This document shows positions 58,493 through 64,000 of a DNA stretch of 64,000 nt, piece by piece; the first letter of the stretch is position 1; every line of letters starts with the position of its first letter. This DNA is from Paenibacillus guangzhouensis (GTDB lineage Bacteria > Bacillota > Bacilli > Paenibacillales > Paenibacillaceae), in contig NZ_CP045293.1 of NCBI RefSeq assembly GCF_009363075.1, forward strand, positions 6,369,006-6,433,005. Direction: 5' to 3'. A program made the translations under genes and the position numbers. Under the pieces are notes generated by a model, which was not told the origin of the DNA, made no database searches, and saw nothing but the letters and a program-made list of their open reading frames with translations.

Positions 58493-59611
58493 CTAACCCT
58501 CAGTCTTCCTCGTCGAATAGCCAACCACCAACTCCCCAACCAAGTTGACCTTGGCAACGGAAGCTGGATTATTAATAAGCTGCATTATCTGCGTGATGCA
58601 TTCCTCGCCGAGCCGATGCTGCGGCTGCTGGATATGCGTAAATCGGAATCCCGCCTGGTTATAATAGTTGTCCGGATGGTCGAAGCAGACGACCGATAAA
58701 TCCTCAGGCACGCGCTTGCCGATCTGATCGCAGGCTTGTCGGATGAGCAGCGCAATGCTGTACTCCGTAGCCACGATGCCGGTCATGGCTGGATGCTCTT
58801 CGATGAAGGAGGCGATTTTGTCGATATCCTCTTGAAAATGGACATCGGAGCCCGGAATCACGGACTCGACGAAGCTGTATCGCAAGGAAGGATCCATGGA
58901 GACATGATTCGCAGCATGCGCTTGTACATAGCCCTGAATGCGCTCCTCGACGGTAGAGACGATATTGCTCGAAGTTACGATGCCGATATGCTTGTGGCCT
59001 AGATCGATCAAATGGGAGGTAAGTATTTCGGCCGATTCGGTATTGTTGGTTGTGATCGAAGATATCGGCAGGTTCTCAAGTGTACGATCGATCACGATCA
59101 GCGGGAACTTCCGCGATGCAAGCTCCAGAATGATCGGCGACAAATACTTCGAGGTGGAGGGGAGCAGCAGAATGCCGGCCACGTTCATTTGGATAAATTC
59201 TTGGATCAACTGTTCTTCCACCTGCATATGTCCCAGCGATTTCTTCACAATGACATGAGCGCGGGAGTCGCTAGCTTCCAAGATGCCGGATAGGATCTTG
59301 GTGCCGAACGTATCATTGAAATCGGTCATGATGCAGCCGATGAGCGGCAGATGGAAATGCTGAACCGCGGCAGGCGTAGTCTGTTTCGTATTCGAGATGA
59401 CGATCGTGCCTTGCTTAGGCTTCCTCGATATATATCCTTGTTTTTTCAGCTCATCTAATGCTCGCTTGACGGTAATGATGCTTACGTTGTATTCATCCGC
59501 TAATTCGTGTTCGAACGGGAGCTTATCTTGAATTTGATATTCTCCATGGATGATTTTCTCTTCGATGGCATCAAATACTTGTTGGTATAATAATTTTTTC
59601 AACAAATGCAC
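58493..59611 (-). CDS. Transcriptional regulator: GntR-type N-terminal HTH fused to a LacI/periplasmic-binding-protein-like sugar-binding domain
   Basis: HTH LPFEHELADEYNVSIITVKRALDELKKQGYI and a PBP-like C-terminal domain. Confidence 0.75.
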   Translation of the reverse strand: MHLLKKLLYQQVFDAIEEKIIHGEYQIQDKLPFEHELADEYNVSIITVKRALDELKKQGYISRKPKQGTIVISNTKQTTPAAVQHFHLPLIGCIMTDFNDTFGTKILSGILEASDSRAHVIVKKSLGHMQVEEQLIQEFIQMNVAGILLLPSTSKYLSPIILELASRKFPLIVIDRTLENLPISSITTNNTESAEILTSHLIDLGHKHIGIVTSSNIVSTVEERIQGYVQAHAANHVSMDPSLRYSFVESVIPGSDVHFQEDIDKIASFIEEHPAMTGIVATEYSIALLIRQACDQIGKRVPEDLSVVCFDHPDNYYNQAGFRFTHIQQPQHRLGEECITQIMQLINNPASVAKVNLVGELVVGYSTRKTEG

Positions 59612-59758
59612 CCACTAGTTTTAAATATATTTTTTATCATTAATTATATTTTAAGACGATCGGCAAGTAAATGAGAGGGGAGATTGACATCAAAAAACAT
59701 ACCCCGTACTATATAAATATATTATAAATAATAAAATATATTTATTGGTGGTGTACAT

Positions 59759-61051
59759 ATGATTATAAAAGATCGGAAGTTTATTCAAGCTGCGAAACAA
59801 GCTTTGTTAGACACGTTCCAAGATGAGAAAGTCGCTGGGATGTTTGAGAAATGCATGGAGAACACACTCGACACGACGATTAAAATCCAAGACGGCGAGA
59901 CATTTATTCTCACGGGCGACATCCCAGCCATGTGGTTGCGCGACTCGGTGTGCCAAGTTCGTCCATTCCTGCTATTCGCCAAAGATCATGCAGAAATTCA
60001 AGAGATGCTGCTCGGCCTAATTAAGAAGCAAGTAAAATTGATTGCGATGGATCCTTATGCGAATGCATTCAATGAATCGGCCAATGGTGCGGGGCATCAG
60101 AATGATAAGACGGAGATGTCACCGGCAGTATGGGAGAGAAAGTACGAAATCGATTCGCTCTGTTACCCGGTTCAGCTTGCGTATCTGATCTGGAAAATAA
60201 CGGGGCGTACGGAGCATTTTACGACGGAGTTCAAGCAATGCATCGATACGATCGTGACGTTGTGGAAAGTCGAACAGCATCATGAGGAGAAGTCGCCATA
60301 CCTGTTCGAGCGCGAGGATTGCGTGCCGACAGATACGTTAGTACGGAAAGGCAAAGGATCGCTGACGGGATATACGGGCATGACATGGTCCGGATTTAGA
60401 CCAAGCGACGATGCTTGCACGTATGGCTATCTTGTTCCTTCGAATATGTTCGCTGCGGTGGTGTTGAAGTATGCGGAAGAAATGCTATCCGCTTTCTATT
60501 CGGAAGAGCTTGCATTGCTGGAGCGTGTGCGCGAGCTGCGCACTCAGATCGAAGAGGGTATTGAGAAGCACGCGATCGTAACGGATGATTGCTACGGAGA
60601 GATGTATGCTTATGAAGTGGATGGCTTAGGTCATACGCTTCAGATGGATGATGCGAACGTGCCAAGTCTGATGGCGCTGCCATTCTTGAATTATTGCGAT
60701 CCGCAGGATGCGCGGTACCAGAATACCCGGAGATTCATTCTCAGCTCGAAGAATTCAACCTTTTTCAAAGGGAGAGAAGCGAATGGTGTAGGAAGCCCGC
60801 ATACGCCGAACAATTATGTATGGCCGATCGCGCTGTCTATTCAAGGGTTGACCAGTCAATTTGAATCCGAGAAAAGAGATATCGTTGCTACATTATTGCG
60901 TACAGACGCTGGTACAGGCTTAATGCATGAGTCTTTCAATGTCAATAATGCCAACGAATACACGAGAGAATGGTTCTCTTGGGCCAATATGATGTTCTGT
61001 GAGCTTGTACTTGATGTCGCAGGAATCAATATGCACAAATTCATCCGATAA
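59759..61051 (+). CDS. Glycoside hydrolase family 125 (metal-independent exo-alpha-1,6-mannosidase)
   Basis: DGETFILTGDIPAMWLRDSVCQVRPFL signature, about 430 aa. Confidence 0.8.
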   Translation: MIIKDRKFIQAAKQALLDTFQDEKVAGMFEKCMENTLDTTIKIQDGETFILTGDIPAMWLRDSVCQVRPFLLFAKDHAEIQEMLLGLIKKQVKLIAMDPYANAFNESANGAGHQNDKTEMSPAVWERKYEIDSLCYPVQLAYLIWKITGRTEHFTTEFKQCIDTIVTLWKVEQHHEEKSPYLFEREDCVPTDTLVRKGKGSLTGYTGMTWSGFRPSDDACTYGYLVPSNMFAAVVLKYAEEMLSAFYSEELALLERVRELRTQIEEGIEKHAIVTDDCYGEMYAYEVDGLGHTLQMDDANVPSLMALPFLNYCDPQDARYQNTRRFILSSKNSTFFKGREANGVGSPHTPNNYVWPIALSIQGLTSQFESEKRDIVATLLRTDAGTGLMHESFNVNNANEYTREWFSWANMMFCELVLDVAGINMHKFIR

Positions 61052-61057
61052 ACGCAA

Positions 61058-61099
61058 GAAACGTTAGCAAACCGTACAGGTCTGCTAACGTTTTTTTTG
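61058..61099. terminator. Bidirectional terminator, second copy of the repeated terminator family
   Basis: aacgttagca-aaccgtacaggtc-tgctaacgtt followed by T8. Confidence 0.65.
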
Positions 61100-61109
61100 C
61101 ATCAAACGC

Positions 61110-62168
61110 TTACTCCGCCTTGACCAGAATCTTCACTTGATTCTTCTCGCGAAGCAGCGCTTCAAATCCTTCCTCTACAACTTCATCGAGCTTAATCCGT
61201 TTGGTCACGAGCTTCTCAGCCGAGAAGTAGCCTTGCGCCATCAAGCTGATCACGGCAGGGAAGACGTTGCGGTAGCCGATAATTCCTTTGACGGTACGCT
61301 CCATCATGACAATGTTGTTCGGCATAATCGGTGCTTCCTTCTCGAAAATGCTGACGATCATCAATTCGCCGCCGATTTTCGTGGAGTTCAGCGCCTGCGT
61401 GAGGACAGGAGGGACCCCGGTCACTTCATAAGCAACGTCCGCGCCGCCGCCAGTACGCTTATGGATTTCCTTCACGACGTCATATTCTTTCGGATCGATG
61501 ACGATCGCGCCGAGCTCGGCTGCTTTTTGCTTCCGCTCAGGAGACAGCTCCACCGCATAGATTTCGGCAGCGCCCGAAGCTTTCAACGCTTCGATCACGA
61601 GCAGGCCGATTGGGCCGGCGCCGAAGACGACTGCTTTGTCGCCGACTTTCAGCTTGCTCTGGCGTACTGCATGGAGCGCCACGGCTGAGGGCTCAACGAG
61701 TGCACCTTGCTCATAGGAGATGCTGTCCGGAATTTTGTGAACCATATATTCTTCCGCTGCGACGTATTCGGAGAATCCGCCACCACCGCCCGCAAGACCA
61801 AGGAAGCCCATGGTGGAGCAGAGGTTATAGTAACCTGCCTTACATGCATCGCATGTGCCGCAGGCATAGATCGGTTCAACGACGACGCGGTCGCCGACTT
61901 TCACTCTGGATACGCCTTCACCAATCTCGACGACCTGTCCGGAAAATTCATGCCCCATGACGATCGGCGCTTTCTCTCCCGTAATCGGATGCGGAGTTCC
62001 CTCCGGAATGAAGATCGGTCCTGCTGTATATTCATGTAAGTCGCTGCCGCAAATGCCGCACCATTCGACTTTGATTTTCACTTTGCCAGGTAATGCCTTT
62101 GGTTCTTCAATTTGTTCTACACGCAAATCTTTGAGGCCGTGCCATCTGAGTGCTTTCACCTTGTTCAT
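61110..62168 (-). CDS. Zn-dependent medium-chain alcohol/polyol dehydrogenase (butanediol/threonine dehydrogenase-like)
   Basis: GICGSDLHEY zinc motif and GAGPIGLL NAD motif. Start taken at MNKVKALRW (ATG 62168) behind AAGGGG. Confidence 0.9.
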   Translation of the reverse strand: MNKVKALRWHGLKDLRVEQIEEPKALPGKVKIKVEWCGICGSDLHEYTAGPIFIPEGTPHPITGEKAPIVMGHEFSGQVVEIGEGVSRVKVGDRVVVEPIYACGTCDACKAGYYNLCSTMGFLGLAGGGGGFSEYVAAEEYMVHKIPDSISYEQGALVEPSAVALHAVRQSKLKVGDKAVVFGAGPIGLLVIEALKASGAAEIYAVELSPERKQKAAELGAIVIDPKEYDVVKEIHKRTGGGADVAYEVTGVPPVLTQALNSTKIGGELMIVSIFEKEAPIMPNNIVMMERTVKGIIGYRNVFPAVISLMAQGYFSAEKLVTKRIKLDEVVEEGFEALLREKNQVKILVKAE

Positions 62169-62403
62169 CCCCTTAGAAATGTTGAATTGCGAATTCATCT
62201 ATATTATTTTCGGAAATTCAATTATTTTCGGGAAACGTTTCCGACACCTACTATGTCACTAAATTGTCAAACTGTCAATGTTAAAAATGTTATTGACGCA
62301 AAATGGTGGCTCATGTATCTGATTCCAATCCGTTGTGTTATAATAAAAATATTGATAAATTACACAAACATTCGTGGAAACGATTTCGGAATAAAGTAGG
62401 GGC

Positions 62404-63441
62404 GTGCTAGCATTGGCGAAAGACAAAGTGACGATCGAGGATGTCGCTGCGCGAGCAGGGGTTGGGATTGCAACCGTATCGCGGGCGATTAACAATATGG
62501 GAGGCATCAGCTCGAAGACGAAAGCGAAGGTGATGGAGGCGGTCGAGGAGCTCGGCTTCATTCCGAATACGAACGCTCAGAACTTGAAGCTGCGGCAGAC
62601 GAAGCTGCTCGCGCTCGCCGTACCGGACATTCGCAACGCGTTCGTGCCTGAGATTGCTTATTCGGTCGAGCAGGCCGCGAAGCATTACGGTTATCGTGTG
62701 GTGCAGATCAATACGTTAGGGAATATTCATTCCGAGCTGGAGCTGCTGCGAGACATGAAGAAGCTGCATGTGGACGGGCTGATTATTCTGCCGCTGGCTT
62801 ACCCGGATACGCTGAAAGATCTCATCAACAAAGCCAAGCTGCCAATCTCGATCATTAACTATGGCAAAAAACTGGATCAAGACATCAAGGCGGACATCGT
62901 CAGCCTCGCGACGCAAGAGGGTAAGCTCGTGATGGAGCATCTGATCAGCATCGGCAGGACGCGTATCGGCTATGCTGGAGCACCGAAAGAGATCATTGAA
63001 GAACGGTTTTTCGCTTACGAGGATGCGCTAGAGCATTTTGACCGGTCGCTGGTCTATTTCGGCGACGATTTCTCCTTGCAGACGGGCGCGCGGGCGGCGG
63101 ATTATTTCGTGAACCTGACGCATATGCCGGATGCGATCTATGCTGGGAACGATATGGTCGCGATCGGACTGCTGAACCGGTTCAAGGAATTAGGCGTCCG
63201 TGTGCCGGAAGACATCGCGATCGTCGGCATCGATAACAACCTGTTATGCACGATCTCGACACCGAAGCTGAGCTCGGTCTCCATCATGGGGGCGGAAGTG
63301 GCCAAGGTAGCGACGGAGCTGCTGCTCCAGCGCATCCATGAACAGAAGAAAGGGCTCTATGAACGGATTCAGTTCGAACCAAGGCTTATCGTGCGAGAAT
63401 CTAGCTTGCCGCGAACACGTACAACGCAGCAGATCGATTGA
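62404..63441 (+). CDS. LacI-family transcriptional regulator
   Basis: N-terminal HTH VTIEDVAARAGVGIATVSRAINN and a PBP-type C-terminal domain. Confidence 0.85.
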   Translation: MLALAKDKVTIEDVAARAGVGIATVSRAINNMGGISSKTKAKVMEAVEELGFIPNTNAQNLKLRQTKLLALAVPDIRNAFVPEIAYSVEQAAKHYGYRVVQINTLGNIHSELELLRDMKKLHVDGLIILPLAYPDTLKDLINKAKLPISIINYGKKLDQDIKADIVSLATQEGKLVMEHLISIGRTRIGYAGAPKEIIEERFFAYEDALEHFDRSLVYFGDDFSLQTGARAADYFVNLTHMPDAIYAGNDMVAIGLLNRFKELGVRVPEDIAIVGIDNNLLCTISTPKLSSVSIMGAEVAKVATELLLQRIHEQKKGLYERIQFEPRLIVRESSLPRTRTTQQID

Positions 63442-63613
63442 GCGGAGCATGAACATTAAAGGGGCTGTTTCCTAAAGGAAAACGGCTTTTTTACTGTGTC
63501 TATGACGCTAACCTTAAAAAATTGAGAAAAAATTCAGAATTTCTTTGCCTTCGTCTTCATTTTTCAAGCGTAAGATGGAACTTAATCATTTACTTGCGGT
63601 TGGAGGGATGCAG

Positions 63614-64000
63614 ATGAGACTTTTGGAGATCGTATTGATTGCGATCAATTTTGGACTGTTGTTCTGGATGGTGACTGGGAACCGGAAGGTTGGGAAGTCA
63701 GCTGCGATACCGCTGGTGGTTGCCTTTGGTCTGGTGATTGCTCAGATCGCGGTAGAAGCCGCGCGATGGGAGATGATCCCGGCGTACCTGACGCCATTTG
63801 TATTAACAGCTTATCTCTATGCAGGTAGGCGGTCCAAAGGACGACGAAGTCTGGTGGCGTTCACGATCCAGATGGTATGCCTAACGCTGTATCTGATCGT
63901 GTCGATTGCCCCGCCTTGGCTGATGCCGGTATTCGCATTCGAGCGGCCGACAGGAAAGTACGCGGTCGGAACGTCTGTGTATCATTGGGTGGATGAACAA
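63614..64000 (+). CDS. Membrane protein, 3'-truncated by the window edge
   Basis: ATG at 63614. Several hydrophobic helices (LLEIVLIAINFGLLFWMV, IPLVVAFGLVIAQIAV). The frame stays open to the end of the window. Confidence 0.35.
   Translation, partial: MRLLEIVLIAINFGLLFWMVTGNRKVGKSAAIPLVVAFGLVIAQIAVEAARWEMIPAYLTPFVLTAYLYAGRRSKGRRSLVAFTIQMVCLTLYLIVSIAPPWLMPVFAFERPTGKYAVGTSVYHWVDEQ

Noticed and set aside
61137-62262. Plus-strand ORFs of 100-180 aa overlapping the Zn-ADH gene
   Set aside because: Antisense to a well-supported ADH gene; Arg-rich low-complexity products
1-64000. CRISPR arrays, rRNA genes, intact tRNA genes
   Set aside because: No run of regularly spaced direct repeats and no rRNA-like conserved blocks were seen. 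The only tRNA-like signal is the partial 3' fragment at 31106-31136

Overview
The window splits into two compositionally distinct parts. Positions 1 to about 21,500 are an AT-rich horizontally acquired island. Positions from about 21,600 onward are Paenibacillus-like Firmicute DNA at roughly 50-60% GC.

The island carries, in order:
- a truncated membrane protein and an unknown 425-aa ORF;
- an ORF-free GC-richer segment and a C-terminal remnant of a tyrosine recombinase;
- a complete phosphorothioate-dependent restriction cluster (dptF/G/H, 3.5-11.9 kb);
- the DNA phosphorothioation modification genes dndB-C-D-E plus cysteine desulfurase dndA (12.0-18.1 kb);
- convergent to those, a two-gene module at 18.1-21.0 kb: a ParB-like/HTH/ABC-type ATPase fusion followed by an OLD/AbiLii-type Toprim protein.

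The second part contains:
- a Hen1-like methyltransferase plus Pnkp RNA-repair pair;
- a 1.15-kb insertion flanked by a 416-bp direct duplication of the pnkp 3' end, carrying an ADP-ribosylglycohydrolase remnant, a disrupted XRE gene and a 102-aa small-protein gene;
- a frameshifted kptA/Tpt1 RNA 2'-phosphotransferase followed by tatD;
- two overlapping WYL-domain regulators divergent from an SPFH-domain protein with an N-terminal triple repeat;
- a 529-aa unknown protein, an ADP-ribosylglycohydrolase with an in-frame TAG, and a SUKH(SMI1/KNR4)-HEAT protein;
- housekeeping genes fhs and asd (the latter with a T-box-like leader);
- a low-GC islet between fhs and asd carrying a toxin-antitoxin-like pair, an unknown 459-aa protein and a second XRE plus small-protein module;
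- a glycoside-utilisation cluster (GH35-like hydrolase, GPH transporter, GH27 alpha-galactosidase with NPCBM);
- assorted regulators (TetR x2, GntR-family/sugar-binding, LacI), GNAT, SDR, SGL-like, LCP, an SLH/CAP surface protein, GH125 and a Zn-ADH.

No CRISPR array, rRNA or intact tRNA was seen.

The most novel-looking element is the ParB-HTH-ATPase plus Toprim pair appended to the Dnd island. The RNA-repair/ADP-ribose neighbourhood is the second candidate.
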